Source: Oikopleura dioica (Eukaryota > Animalia > Chordata). Taken from it: a stretch of 64,000 nt of DNA. This document shows, piece by piece, positions 1 to 14,542 of the stretch; within the stretch, counting starts at the first letter, position 1; each line of letters begins with the position of its first letter. The position numbers and the translations under genes are program-made. Below the pieces are notes generated by a model, which did no database searches, was not told the DNA's origin, and worked only from the letters and a program-made list of their open reading frames with translations. The DNA lies in contig OU015568.1 in NCBI GenBank assembly GCA_907165135.1, forward strand, positions 13,950,001-14,014,000, read 5' to 3'.

Positions 1-359
1 TGTGATTGTAAATATGCTCATACAAGGCACACTCAGATTCTTTATCTTGAGAAGGAGTTTCCACAAAATTTTGTATTAACAATTTTCCTAGAGAGAAATA
101 ACCAGATTGTTTTTAATTGTTATTATTACCAGGCGAATACAGGGCGCCTACAATAAGACCATTTCCATTCGATGGAAGAGACAGATTGCTCGGAAGCAAA
201 AGGTCCATTCTTAATGAAAAAATATGTATATTGGGAATCGTGATATGCCTTTTATTTGAACTTGATGGCACGTGGCAGTTGTAATGTGAAAAGTTGATAA
301 AGGGAATGTGAAAAGTAAAACGTAGGTGATCGGCTAGGCTTCCATCTTCGTGTTTTCAT

Positions 360-1838
360 CTAAATAAATAGTGATTGAAAGAAAATAGAGTTATTTTTAC
401 CAGAAAGATGCCTTCTCTCAACCTTGTCGCTTTCGATGGCTTTTTGGACAGCGTTAAGATAGTTGTCAAGAGTGACCTGTTGAGCTCCAGCGCAGTACTT
501 CATCAAGGCCAGGAATGGTATCTTTCGAAGCGTGCGTCCGCTGATTCCTTGAGCACTGTCGGCGATCGCAATAAGGCTTCTCTCGCAGTCAGTTGGACTT
601 AAAAAATATTCACCGAGCATGAAAACCGCTCTTACTTTGGCAGGTCGTATCCTTCTGATCGTAAGGAATATTTGCCTGTAATCATGCCTTTATGATATAA
701 CTCGTTGAACGCAGACTCGAGGATAGTGTAGATAGCTTTGGGCTCTGGTGGTCCAACGAAAATCTTCATGTCGGCGCGATCGATGAATGCCAGATCAATT
801 TTGCCAGTGATGTTCGATGTGCAAACAACAAGAACGTTCGGGTACTTTTTCAGCGAGTCCAGTTGCGTGAGAACAGCGTTGACTACTCTTACGGCATCTG
901 CTGGCTCATTCGCGGAACCCGATCTAGCAGAGGTTAAGCTCTCTACTTCGTCGATGAGGATGATTGTCATGATCGACTTGTCATCTTAAAAATAGTTGTA
1001 GTCGTGATCTGAAAGCGTCAACTTACCCGCATAGTCTCTTATTTTAGAAAACATTTTCTGAACAAGTTTGCCTGACTCCGAAAACCACTTTGAGAAGAGA
1101 GAATGTGAGTTGATTTCCACAAGTGCCGTATTTTGATAGCCGCCTATTTGTCGAATCGCTAATTTTTGAGCAAATGCCTGGAAAAATGATTCTTTTTGAA
1201 CATTTAAATGTTTCTACCTGAGCGATGGAAGTCTTTCCAGTGCCAGGAGGGCCATGAAAAAGAATGACTTTGTTCCAGCTAATGAGCGTGTTGCTGACTC
1301 CTAGTTGCGATAGCCGAAAAGATGTTTCCGCGAATTGAATGAGATCGGTTTTGAGCGGTGATGAGTAGTGCAGCGACTCCCACAGTCCGTAAAAGGCCTT
1401 GTTCGGTAACATCCATGTCTGGCAAGCAGCGATTTCGCCATCTTTAGAAGATAAATTAGTTTTGAAATAAGGCGAGAGTATGTTACCTTCTTCCTCATCG
1501 ATGTGCTCTTCTTCTCCCTCAGCTTTGTCCATGGTGTACAAATAGAACTTCCCGAGGGCAGTATTAGGAATATCACTGTACTTTTCGCTCTCTTCGCAAA
1601 TCATAACCTCAGAAACGCACTCTTCCACGACGTTCAACGCTTCCAGCAGATCTTTCGTCTCAGTTTCGTCCATAATCTCGTTAATCGCCTTCATGATCTT
1701 TTCCTTGTCTTGTTTCGGAATTAAGCTTTTAACTCCATCGTCGAATAGTTCGAAAATGCTCCGAAGACTCTCCTCTATTTCTGTCATTTGATATTTTGCG
1801 TTGCTTTTTAGCCTGACCTCGTAATTGATTTGCACCAT
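360..1838 (-). CDS. TRIP13: Pachytene checkpoint protein 2 / TRIP13 AAA+ ATPase (spliced)
   Basis: Walker A GPPGTGKT, Walker B LIDEVESL, and family segments EPADAVRVVNAVLTQLD and DLAFIDRAD across ORFs 1044-1853, 632-970 and 360-620, joined by short GT-AG introns. Confidence 0.93.
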
Positions 1839-2060
1839 TTTTATACTAAACAAGAGATCTTAGCTATAAGTTAAATAAATATGGTACGAGAGGATTCCTC
1901 TCGATTCAGTTTATTGCACATGCAGTAACTTCGATAAACAGTACAATCTAGTGGATTGACAGACAGAACGAGCAGATAGCGAGTTGAAGAAGCAATGAAG
2001 AAATCAGGATGATATAAAGTACACAAGTATAAATAAATGAAACGTCCTTGAATATAATTT

Positions 2061-5000
2061 CTATATCGTAAAGCGATATTCTGAGCCGTCCGAATTCAGC
2101 AGAACTGCGACTTCTTTATTGACCCAGACGAGCTTCGGGTTTTCCGAAATATTGCTCGACGAAACCTACAAAATTATTGTAACAAGAAATTTGAGACACA
2201 CCATACTCTCAGCGGCACAGTTCCAACAGATTTGACGCATTTCACATGCGAAGTAACCATTCCAAAAATAGACGATACCATCACCCAGAAACTCAATTGA
2301 TTTTCAACTAGAATAAATGATTTACAACGATGCAAATAATCTTCTAACAGACCATTTGAATACGTAGCCAAGTATTTTCCATCCGGTGAAAAGCAAAGCG
2401 CAGATACTGCGCCTCGATGAGCGGAAACCACCTGACTTTTCAGAGTCTTCAAGTCATAAACAATTATCTGCCCATTCTTCGTCCCAGCCGCTATTCTTCT
2501 GGTGTTATTGCAGAATGACAGCATATGGAATCTAACAGCAATTTATAACAAATAAGGGGCAATATCAATGTACCTTTGCAGTGGAGGAAAAGCGTCAGAT
2601 AACCTCGTTTTCTTGAATGCTTGAGAGTCCAAGCAAAACAGAACGATGTCGACAACCTATAAAATATTAGACTTCTCAATTTTGTCGTTATAAGTACCTC
2701 AGATATAAGCAGAGACAGCTCGTTGGGCAGCATTTCTGCCAAAAACTCTATTATCCGTAACACTTCATTTTTCGCTTTGACAAGCGTCGACTGCTGAAAT
2801 TTCTGGGAGGTAGCTGGATTCGCGATTGCGGCTGTATGGCGGGCTACTTCTCGTCCTACAAACAGACATGTTTTATCAGTTATTTATGCATTGCGTTACC
2901 TATTGTCGTGATGAAGACGCTGGGTTTTGATCGGGCGATTTGACAGAGAGCTCTATGCGAAGCGCGGCAGAGCTCCGCGCTTGGCGAAACCATCACCTTC
3001 TTGTTAAATAGTGGCTCCACCATTTCATAGTTGATCGTCATTTCCATAAGAGCCAAGAGAACAGTTGCAGGCTCAACGAAAGGCTCCCAGATATGGAAGC
3101 CACGACCAAGAAGTTCAACAGCAGTCCTCTTTGAAATTGAGTTATCGTTGGCATCCAGAAGAGAAAGCAGCTTCTGAGCAATGATTCGTGTTGTTGATTG
3201 ACCGAGGCAGTTGAGTTCAGCACCGAGCACGCCTAGGATGACAACGGCAGTATTACTTGCTTGCATGTTGGATGATGAAAGTTGATTGAGAAAGTGTTGG
3301 ATAATGCGTCCACGTGTCTTTTCGTCATTACGTCTTAGTTGATCAAGAAGAAGGCTTTGTCCCGTTTCGCGAATTTCTTGCACACGATCAGACCAGCGAA
3401 TCGCCAGTGTTTCCAGAGCAGGGGAGTGTACTTTTCTAATAGATCGCTTAGCAAGGCGCAGTGGAGAGTGACTAGTCCAGACCAACACTGTCTACCATCA
3501 CCGAGGAATTCTTCGGACAAATTCATCAAACTGTTGCAAAGAGAACCAATCGACATGAGATGGAGATTCGTCAAGTCTTTTGAAATGTTCCAGTGCTCGT
3601 TAAAATTGTCTGGTTCTTCAGGGAAAAAGAAAACACAGCAGCTCTGACGACGGACTCCAAAGATCAGTGACTTTTTCGGTCGGGCAAAGGATATCATCGT
3701 CACTAGAAGCTCATCAAGAGATGGCTGAAGTCCCCATGCATGCAAGGTCATGATAAGAATACGTCCGAATGCTAGCGATTGAGGTCCCAAGATGGCACTT
3801 TCAGAAGTATCTAGTGATGGCGCGCTTGATAAGGAAAGTTTCGATGGCGATGTAGCTTGTTGTTGAGGAGACTTTGGTGAGGTCGGAGTTGCTGGAGATT
3901 GGCGACCTGAGCGCGATTCTCTTATTTTTGACTGGACGCTAGAAAATAACTGCATTCCTGTTGTCTTGAGAGTATTGGTTAAATTTGGCTGTGATTTGTC
4001 TTCAGAGGCTTGACGCGATGGCATTTTCTTGTTACTTGTTTGATTAAGTCGATAGTGCTGGATGATATTTTGAACCATTTTTTCGACATCGAAGTGAAAT
4101 GATAAACACTTGAGAATTGGTGGAGAATCAAGCTGATCAAGAAACATTGGTTGGACAAAAATAAGCTGCTGCCTCCTTGCCGGAGGTTTATCATGGGGAT
4201 ATAGCTCAGCTGTTGACTGAATTTCATTCGCTTGAGAGGAAGAAGTTTCCCGTTCAAGAGCCATCGAATATGCATCCCATGTCTTGCATGATCCGTCTTC
4301 ACGAGTGACAATAAGGTACCCATCATTTGTCCAAGCGACATCAATTATCGCTTGACCAAAGCCAGGATCTGAAAGAAGACATTGGTGCGTCTTCGGATGC
4401 AATACGCAGATTCCGCCATCGACATCGATCGAAACGGCCGTGCCAGCTGATTTGCCGACTTTTATCGGGGAAATTGTGAGACTCAGCAGTGGAGCCATGT
4501 GATTGTGGAATTCTACTAACTTTTGTTTATGTGTTAGCGACCATGCTGAGACAGAGAAGTCGGCGCTACCAACAAAAAAGACATCGTCGTCATATGAAGC
4601 GGTGTTATGCTGGTATGGGTACATGAGACAAGTGATCTCGGCGTAATTGGCTACTGCAGATGTAAAGACATCTACGTCTTCGTTAATATCAAAAACACAT
4701 TTTGCAAAAGAAGGAATTGCAGGAGCGATAACAAGATGTCCATCAGAACGACCAAATATGAGGGTATCCTTTTCTTCAACAAAGCAAACCGCAGTGATGT
4801 AGGAGTCATTCGTGCAAAATACATCAAGTTCGCCTTCAACTCCACTGCAAGAAGCAGTTTTAGCTATCTCAATTAGTGAATCTTCCTGCGCTACATATGT
4901 AGAGATCTCAAGAGAAGGAGCAATTGAATGAAGACGTTTTCCAGAAAGTTGAAAGTTCGAGTGCAGGGGAGCAGACGTTCGCCAAATGAGCTGCGGAGAT

Positions 5001-5863
5001 TGGTCATCCGCACTTTGAGGCTTAAGGTTCGCTGTTGTGTAGATCGTGAAATATGACAAGTTCAGAGCTTTGTTCTCCGACACGATGGCGAAGTTTGAAC
5101 TTCCTTGAAGGAAAAATCCATCGACGAGGCAATCGCTATCAATCGACTGATAAGATATGCTTGAAAAATCCGATGAGTCCAAGATATAGAAGGACTTCTT
5201 ACAGACGACAAGGGCGTATTCGCTCCTTAATTTCAGAACAATCGGATGCTCGCATGATCGGATTTGCTTCGACTCTTCCTCCCAAAGTGGCTCTTCTAGC
5301 GATTGTTGATGCTCTGTTGAGACGCGCCATACTTTCAAAGTTCCACCTGCTGTTATGCCGAGCAAAACTGATAGATCGGGGACATTTATTGAGACCGCGC
5401 AAGTTATCCAGTCCGGGTACAAACGGCAGCCAAGTGAGAACTCGCGCTTTCCAGTTTTTGTGCTGAAAACAAGGACTTCACTGAGTTCGCCGAAAGCAGC
5501 TATTAATGTTTCAGAGAGAGTAACAAGACCTCCAAGACGATCAGACGCTTGAATTGAGAATACTACGCGGCCAGAAGGAACATGCCAAAACTGAATCAAC
5601 CCGGAGAGGGAAAGCGTTGCTAGATGATTCTTCCCGTAAGATGATGTGCTCACTATCGGAGATGCATCAGAGTCCTGTATTAGGACGCTTTTGTGGATGA
5701 TGTTCTGATCGGAAACCTTCCAAATGAAGATCTGGCCGCTCTCAAAGGTAGCATAAATCCAGTACTCGACATTGTCAAGGTTGGACTCGATTCGACCGAA
5801 GCAGGTACATTTACAGTTGACATTCCGACCTGACCACAGTCCGATTGGAACTGTCAACACCAT
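2061..5863 (-). CDS. WDR7: WD repeat protein 7 (rabconnectin-3 beta), spliced; one apparent 1-nt homopolymer deletion at 3421-3424
   Basis: N-terminal VLTVPIGLWSG, WD40 repeats, LETLAIRWSDRVQEIRE segment, C-terminal SAHRGAVSALCFSPDGKYLATYS and PKLVWVNKEVAVLLNSDGSEYRFTI*. Confidence 0.88.
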
Positions 5864-6218
5864 AGCCGCATGTTTTTTCTGAACTAAACCTGATCATGCT
5901 TCTGGGAAAAATCGAGAAAGACACTGGGGGGTTCTTTTATCAAATAAAACATGTATTGAAAGTATAGGTGAAAGACACAGGAAGTATGAACTATAATGGT
6001 GGTATTTTCAGTTGCTAAAATCGGTCAGTTTTGTTCTTTCCGAAGTGTAAAATAATCGTTGACTTGGCGGAATAAAATAAAAACAAATATGTGGTGCTCA
6101 GCTTCAAGCATTCAAAAAACAAGGTTTGAAGAGAGTGAGGTTGTGACACTGATCTCAGGAATAATTGATCCTAAAAAGGCTAAAATACTAGATAGGGATA
6201 CAGTAGTTTGTCTGTGAA

Positions 6219-8224
6219 TTATTGAGCGCCGACCGTTCTGACGTCGTCGATTTTTAAGATCATTCGAACGAGCTGTGTTGCTAGCGAGAGCTGCTGTTTC
6301 TTTCCAACGAGGGTCTCCACAACATTTTGGACCTTGAAAAATAGTTAGTATCGCCAAAACATCCATTTTCGATGGTACCTTCATATCTCGATCTCCGGTA
6401 TAAAGAGCATCAACACCAAGTCGGGGGTTTCCAGTGGTCTTTTGGTCAGATCGGAGATCAGTCAAAGTCTCAACTGGATTCAAACCGGAGTTCTCAGCCA
6501 AGGCCATGGGTACGCTTTCAAGAGCTGAAGCGAATGCTCTAAAAATAATTATCGGGTGATGAGAACTTATCAGACTCACCGCATGCCCCACTGGTCGAGT
6601 CCAGAAGTATTGTCAGCTTCTTCAGCAACATCAAGAGCACAAGCAACTTCAGGAGCGCCACCACCGTAGACGATTCTTGAATCTCGGATGAGATTTCGGA
6701 CGACGCAGATAGCGTCGTGGAGGGATCGCTCGGCCTCGGCAATGACCATTCTGTTGGAGCCTCGGATGAAAACTGTGACAGCCTTGCTGTTCTTGCACTG
6801 TTCGACGACCAACATTCGCTCTTTAGTGGTACCAAGGTCGATTTCTCGGACGATACCAGCTTCGCCGAGTTTCTCTTTGGTGAGCTCCTTTAGGAAAATG
6901 CGCTTGGTTCAAGATTGATATCAACGAAGAGTACCTGGAATCGGGGGACGATACGACCGCCAGTGGCGATAGCGATAAGCTCAATTTCGGGACCACCGAC
7001 CCATCGGACAGCTGGTAAGTTATTCTGGAGGAGGAGATGGTTGGCTTCGTCGTCGAAACCCCACTGGCAAATGGCGAGGTTAGCTCCAGTATCCTTCACT
7101 TGTTTGATCATTTCCTCGAATTTTTCCCGCTCGTAAGTTTGTAATTGCTAAGAATAATGCTAGGGATAGTTTTAAGGAAAAAGATCTCACTTTGTAGTCT
7201 TCTACACAGGTGACATCAAGCTTGTGGTTCGTCTTTGGCTTTGGAGGTTCGAATGGGCAAGTCAAAATTGCGAGTTTAGCGTTTTCAACTTGCTTGGGCA
7301 TCTGAGGGTGACTAAAGTCCTTGTCGATGACAACGCCCTTGATCAACTGAGTATCATCGAGCTTTCCTCCGACCTAGAAATATGGCTTGAAAAGAGCCAG
7401 TAAGTAAAGATGTACCTTGGTGAGCATTTTGATGAGTTCAAAGTTAACATCTTTCTTTTCGAAATCAGCGACGGCAAGAACGGACTCAACAGCGATGTCG
7501 GCGAACTGATCATGGCATCGGTTGACAATTTTAGAGCCAAGAGTAGTTCTGGCTGTTCGCTTGAGCATATCCTAAAACAATCTAAACGACTGTTTGCTTT
7601 GTTGTCTTTTACCTTGTCAGAGATAGGAAAATCCTCGGCAATTCTGTCGAGAGTTTTGAGGGCAACTTGACAGGCCTTATCATAACCATCAGCAATTCGG
7701 ATAGGGTGAATTCCTCTGTCCAAGAGTGGCTCGGCTTGTTCCAAAAGAGCACCAGCGAGGACGACGACGCCAGTGGTGCCATCACCAATCTCATCATCTT
7801 GAGATTTGGACAGTTCGACGAGGAGCTAAAATGTAAAAAAAAACGGAAGGTTATTAATTCCTCTACCTTGGCAACGTTATGCTGGACATCCATCTTGTCA
7901 AGAATGGTGGCACCGTCGTTAGTGGTCGTGACTTCACCGTCTGGAGAGACCATGATTTTATCCATACCGTTGGGTCCGAGAGAAGTTCTCAGAGTAGAGC
8001 TGACAGCCTTGGCGGCAAGAATGTGAGCTTTGATAGCTTCGACTCCGGTGACTCGGTTTTGTTGCTCCTAATCAATGAAAAACTCGTGCTACAAGGAAGA
8101 AGTTTACCTGGTCACGCATGACAAGAAACGGCCTGCCATACTCGTCAACTGCGATTCCGACGTTTCCAGGAAGCTGTGGCATTCCACCGGCGCCCATGGG
8201 CATCTGCATACCTGGCTGCATCAT
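6219..8224 (-). CDS. CCT5: T-complex protein 1 subunit epsilon (spliced)
   Basis: [70 protein letters not shown] and MILKIDD motifs. Confidence 0.96.
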
Positions 8225-8315
8225 TTTCTAAAAATTCAACTATCAGAATCTGATCTCATCGGTCATCGAAAATAAAGGGATGTCTATCTGTTCTAGAGAC
8301 TATGTACAAAATTAG

Positions 8316-9224
8316 TTAGCAGAGAAGTTTTTCAGCGACAAAGTTGATTTCATCTCGCTCGATGTGAGTTAAATCTGGCTGCCAGCGGTCAAAAATAAGA
8401 ACAGTTCTAGAGAAGATCCCCTTCTTTAGCATGCCCGGTTTCGGCCTAAATCTGACCAAGTGTGCGTAACTGTCATCGAGGTCGAAAGCGGTTTTCCAAG
8501 TCATGGAATGTCCACCGGCGAGAATTTCGACATTATCGATGATCTCTTCGTCGATCTCGATTGGAATGTGCACCCTGGACTTTGCAGTCGTACAGCCAAA
8601 ATGAATAGCAATTAGCTCTTCATCTTCTTCACCGATTTTCGAGAGGTCAACAGTCAACTTCGAAAACGAAGCGTTGAAAAGAATATTTGACGGGACGAAT
8701 TCTGCCAAATGACTGACCAAAGATCCATCGAAATTTTCTGCGCACTGTCCTTGGTCAATAATCTTCGCAATTTTCCATGACCCGGCCGATTTTTCAACTT
8801 CATTCCATACCAAAGTGCTCTCCATCTCTTTATACTTCATGTAGTAGAAATCCTGATGCGGTATGTCCAATTTATTGACTGGACGAGACTTGATTCCAGG
8901 AATGTCAAGGATCGTTCCATATTGAAGAAATCCCCACATGCCGTTAGGATTTGCCTCCCAGAGCCGGGACTTTTTCGCCGCTTTGAAATTGAACCAGTGA
9001 AAGAACAAGAGAGCGAGTCGGATTTCGTATTGAAGAGGGCGGCGACCACAGCGAGCGCAATCCTTGCTTCCGCACATAGAACTGTATCTAACTCTATAGC
9101 GCCAATTGCTCACAAATTTGATGATTTTGAAAAGCCAGTAAAGCAGGTCAATCATTCTATATGGAGAAATTGGATTAGGTTTGTCTGGATAGTTGATCAT
9201 GGATTTTACAAAAATAAATTTCAC
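8316..9224 (-). CDS. Hypothetical protein, 302 aa
   Basis: Long open frame between RP2 and CCT5 in the same orientation; no recognisable family motif. Confidence 0.6.
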   Translation of the reverse strand: MKFIFVKSMINYPDKPNPISPYRMIDLLYWLFKIIKFVSNWRYRVRYSSMCGSKDCARCGRRPLQYEIRLALLFFHWFNFKAAKKSRLWEANPNGMWGFLQYGTILDIPGIKSRPVNKLDIPHQDFYYMKYKEMESTLVWNEVEKSAGSWKIAKIIDQGQCAENFDGSLVSHLAEFVPSNILFNASFSKLTVDLSKIGEEDEELIAIHFGCTTAKSRVHIPIEIDEEIIDNVEILAGGHSMTWKTAFDLDDSYAHLVRFRPKPGMLKKGIFSRTVLIFDRWQPDLTHIERDEINFVAEKLLC

Positions 9225-9242
9225 ATTTAAAAAAGTTAAAAA

Positions 9243-10442
9243 TCATAGATTGTGATTGCCGAAGGCAGAAGTATTGAAGAAGTTGTCATATTCGGTGCGT
9301 GCTTCGTCCCCAAAAGCGAAAAATGAGCAGCCAGGCTCGGCCTCGCTGGAGATTTCAGTGGCGAGTAATTGGCCCTCGAAAATGAGGATGACGATTTGTG
9401 AGCCTTCCGAGAGTTGGAGAGACTTTTGGGCTCGGGTTGGCAGACTCAGGGGAGACAATTTTCCGGCGGTGCTTCTTATTAGTTTTGCTGGGAAGGGATA
9501 ATTCTTTGAAGTAAAATAAATAACACTTACCCTTTTTAAGAGTCCCCGTGACTCTGTAGTAACAGTTCGTTGCGAGATCTTCTGATTTCTCTCCAGCGAA
9601 AAGCGCAAAAACCATCTCGTCTTTAACTTCGGCAGCAGAAGGATATGGATACGCAACTTGAGGGAAAATCGTTCTCTCCAGCGAGAGTCGAGGCGAAGAG
9701 TCAAAAGTATCATTAAACTCGTCGAAAACATCTTTGAGCGCGATTTCGACGTCCGTTCCGGGCGCCCAGTTCGGCTCCCCTGCATGGTCCACTGGGCCGA
9801 AGTCATGAATCTTAAATGAAAATTCTAGCGAAACAAAACCATGATTTCGACTTACATCTGCCCAGTTGTTCAAAAACTTCGAACGGCCGAAGTCAGAGAC
9901 GATTTCTTCGATGCTCTCGAAGTCGATCGGGAGTGGATAAGTGGTCACTTTTTGAGTTGTTTCGATTACTGGTTGAGTGGGGCAATGAAGATAGAGACGC
10001 ATTGAGCGACAATCGCGAGTTCGAAGCTGCCCGCAAATTGTGACCAATTCTACGTTGCTAAAACATGTTACAATCGCCTACTTCGGAGGTAAAGATACCT
10101 GGAGTCGCGGATATAGACAGAACCTGAGGCAAAAGTAATAATTTTCATGTCTTGGCAGTTGTCAATCGTAACTTCTTTACACAGACCATTGAGAAAGATG
10201 ATACAGGACTTGCAGTTTTCTATCGTCATCGGTAGATCTTTTACATCGCTAAGAAAAAGATAGACAATCGTCGTATACTAAACTTACTTTCTGCAAACTG
10301 AATTTTCGATATTTTCGACATCTCTAACGTAGAACTTCGACTTGTCCTCCTTTTTCCTTTTGTCCCAAGAATACTCTTTCGGGGCTTCCTCAACCTGCTC
10401 TTCCTCGACCGGTTGGCCTTTTTTTGAAAACCAGCAACCCAT
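9243..10442 (-). CDS. RP2: Protein XRP2 (C-CAP/cofactor C domain, ARL3 GAP), spliced
   Basis: Reconstructed N-terminus MGCWFSKK...PKEYSWDKR (acylation MGC motif), CGQLRTRDCRSMRLYLHCPTQPVIE, C-terminal YDNFFN. Confidence 0.9.
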
Positions 10443-10525
10443 ATTTTAGCCGATCGGAACACTAGCTACCTCTCATCTGAATTATTTCAAATATTATTGT
10501 TTTGTTTTTAATAGTTAAAATTAAG

Positions 10526-11717
<1,192 letters not shown>

Positions 11718-12178
11718 TTTTCACGAATTCCTTCTTCCTTCAAAAATTCCGTGCCAGACCGATTCTTTTCTCGAATTCTTCCTTTTCCCTAGCGACGGGC
11801 GCTCATTGGCGCGGATCCCAGAAGAAGTGAGTCAGGCGAAAGAGAAAAAATCCTCCGGTTTTTCTTTCTAAAATACCGTGTTCAAAGAGAAAAAAAAAGG
11901 CTCAAAAGAAACAGAAATCCATCTTTTCAAAAAATTAAGCCCCATGGCGAGAGAGAAGAATAAGAGTCAAGAAAATTTTTCGCCTCGAAATTTCCCGAAC
12001 CTTCCAGTAAAAACACTAGACAGTAAAAAATCTCTCTAGCAACCCGGCATTAAAAATAAATAGAAAGAATAGAGGACATCCGAAAATTTCTAAAAATGCT
12101 AAAAATTTTCTAGATCCACATCCCTTTTCTCTGTTTTCTTCACTTTTTTCGCCATTTCTGAAAAGAATCGTCTTTAGA
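11718..12178. promoter_or_regulatory. Probable bidirectional promoter between head-to-head TRMT61A and CCT3
   Basis: 461-nt non-coding gap between divergent start codons; function inferred from position only. Confidence 0.5.
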
Positions 12179-14151
12179 ATGTCACAGATCGCAGTTCTCA
12201 AGCCAAATACTGAACGTGAGCAAGGCTCAAAGGTAAATCTGAATTCCGATTTTAAATTGTACTTAAATAATAGGTCCAACTTGGAAATGTCCAGGCCACA
12301 AAGCATGTCGCTGACATTATCCGAACCTGTCTCGGTCCTCGATCAATGTACAAGATGTTGATGGATCCTCAGGTAATCGAACAGTCCAATATCGATTCTA
12401 GCTGTTGATTTAGGGTGGTATCGTTGTCACCAACGACGGAAACGCCATCCTCCGAGAGATCATGGTCAAGCATCCAGCTGCCAAGTCGATGATCGAAATC
12501 TCGCGAACTCAGGACGAAGAATGCGGCGATGGCACCACTTCCGTCATCATCCTCGCCGGTGAAATCATGTCCGCCGCGCAGGAGTTCCTTGAGGATCAAA
12601 TGCACCCAACCAAAATCATCAACGCCTACCGATTAGCTCTCGAAGACATTGACGAATTCATGAACAATGATTTCGGCAAGACCATTGATCCAAACAATGA
12701 CGAAGACATGGCCAAGTTGGTCAACTCAGCTCTTGGAACGAAATTCATCAGGTACTCATCCTTACTTTTATTTCAAAACGTAACGCTTGTCAAAGCCGAT
12801 GGATGGATTTGGCTACCAAGATGGCCATCAAAGCTGTCCGAACCGTTCATATCAAAGAAAATGGCCGAACTGAAATTGATATCAAACGATTTGCGAAAGT
12901 CGAGAAGATTCCTGGTGGCCATATTGAAGATAGCGAGGTACTGTATTCGCATCTTGAACAGTTACAGTAGCCAAAATTTAAGGTGCTCAACGGAGTTATG
13001 TTGAACAAAGACATCACTCACCCAAAGATGAAGCGACGAATCGAGAACCCACGAATTCTTCTCTTGGATTGCTCCCTTGAATATCAAAAGGTAACAACTT
13101 CCAAAGCCCTTTTCCCATCTAACCCACTTTCCAGGGAGAGAGTCAAACAGACATGGAGTTGTCGAACGAAGCCGACTTCACCCGAATTCTCCAGCTCGAA
13201 GAAAACTATATCAAAGAAATCTGTGACAACATCATCGCTCTCAAGCCAACCCTTGTTTTCACCGAGAAGGGCATCTCCGATTTGGCACAGCACTTCTTGG
13301 CCAAGGCTGGAATCACTGGTAAGTCTTTACTTTTCATAGCTCTCTACTCTTACTTCTTTTTCAGCTATCCGACGAGTCCGAAAAACAGACAACCTTCGAA
13401 TCGCACGATGCTGCGGCGCGACAATCAAATCGCGAACCGACGAGATCAGCGAGGACGACATTGGAACCGAAGCCGGTCTCTTCGAAATTAAAAAGTTCGG
13501 CGAAGAATACTTCACCTACGTTACTGAGTGCAAGAAGAACACTGCCTGTACAATCATCTTGAGAGGCGCTTCCAAGGACGTTCTCATGGAAGTTGAGCGA
13601 AACCTTCAGGACGCCATGCAGGTTTGTTTCTTAGTATAAATTTCAATATTTGATGGTGTTTTCTAGGTCGCAAGAAACGTGCTTCTTGAATGCAAAATCG
13701 TCCCCGGAGGCGGCGCTTGCGAACTCGCTGTCGGCAGCTTCTTGAATCAAAATGCAAAGAAATACCACGGCGAAGAACAGTTCCCCTACAGAGCTCTCGC
13801 CCGAGCCCTGGAAGTGATTCCCCGAACACTCGTCCAGAACTGTGGTGGCAACACGATCAGAACACTGACAGAGCTGCGAGCATTGCACGCCAAGGGAAAC
13901 AACAATCACGGCGTGAACGGCGAAACTGGAAAGATTTGCGATATGGAGAAGCTTGATATTTGGGAGCCTTTGACTGTCAAATTGCAAGGTTAGATTTCCA
14001 TCGACCAAGACAGAGAATGAACTAAACGTTCATTTTAGTGTACAAAACCGCGATCGAAACAGCGACTCTTCTGCTGAGAATCGACGACATCGTCCAAGGA
14101 ACGAAACGCGCGGACGGTAGCGAAGGAATTGGCGCAGTTTCGCAAAACTAA
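12179..14151 (+). CDS. CCT3: T-complex protein 1 subunit gamma (spliced)
   Basis: HPAAKSMIEISRTQDEECGDGTTSVIILAGE, VEKIPGG, NPRILLLDCSLEY, VEVERNLQDAM, VPGGGACE, LLLRIDDIV. Confidence 0.96.
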
Positions 14152-14542
14152 AGCTCCTATCCAACTTCCGTTTTATCGTCATCACACGCCGCCTAGATTT
14201 TTTCACCTTTTATTTACCCTATTACTGTATTCAAGGACCAAGCCTGAGAATAGAAAATAATAATAAAAAATGCACGCCACAGAGTTTTGGCGTTTAGGAA
14301 TTCTTTTATCGCTACCTCTTGTCTCTCGTTGGATTCCTGTCATTCCGCGCCGTATCAACAACCATGTATTTTTACTTTTCAAAAAACTTAACCTGATCAC
14401 ATGTACGGCCAGATGCCTTCAATACACAGTTTTTACTCCTGTTAGTTCAAAATAGAAAATTTTAAATATATATTTTATGTTCCGTATCTGCGAGTCTCTT
14501 TCGTTCAATCATTTATCAAGCAATAGTTCTTAGCATTGGAAG

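Noticed and set aside
738-9230. Numerous antisense or alternate-frame ORFs (e.g. 738-989, 3339-3647, 5053-5466, 7667-8026, 8856-9230)
   Set aside because: They shadow well-supported genes on the opposite strand or in another frame and have no motifs
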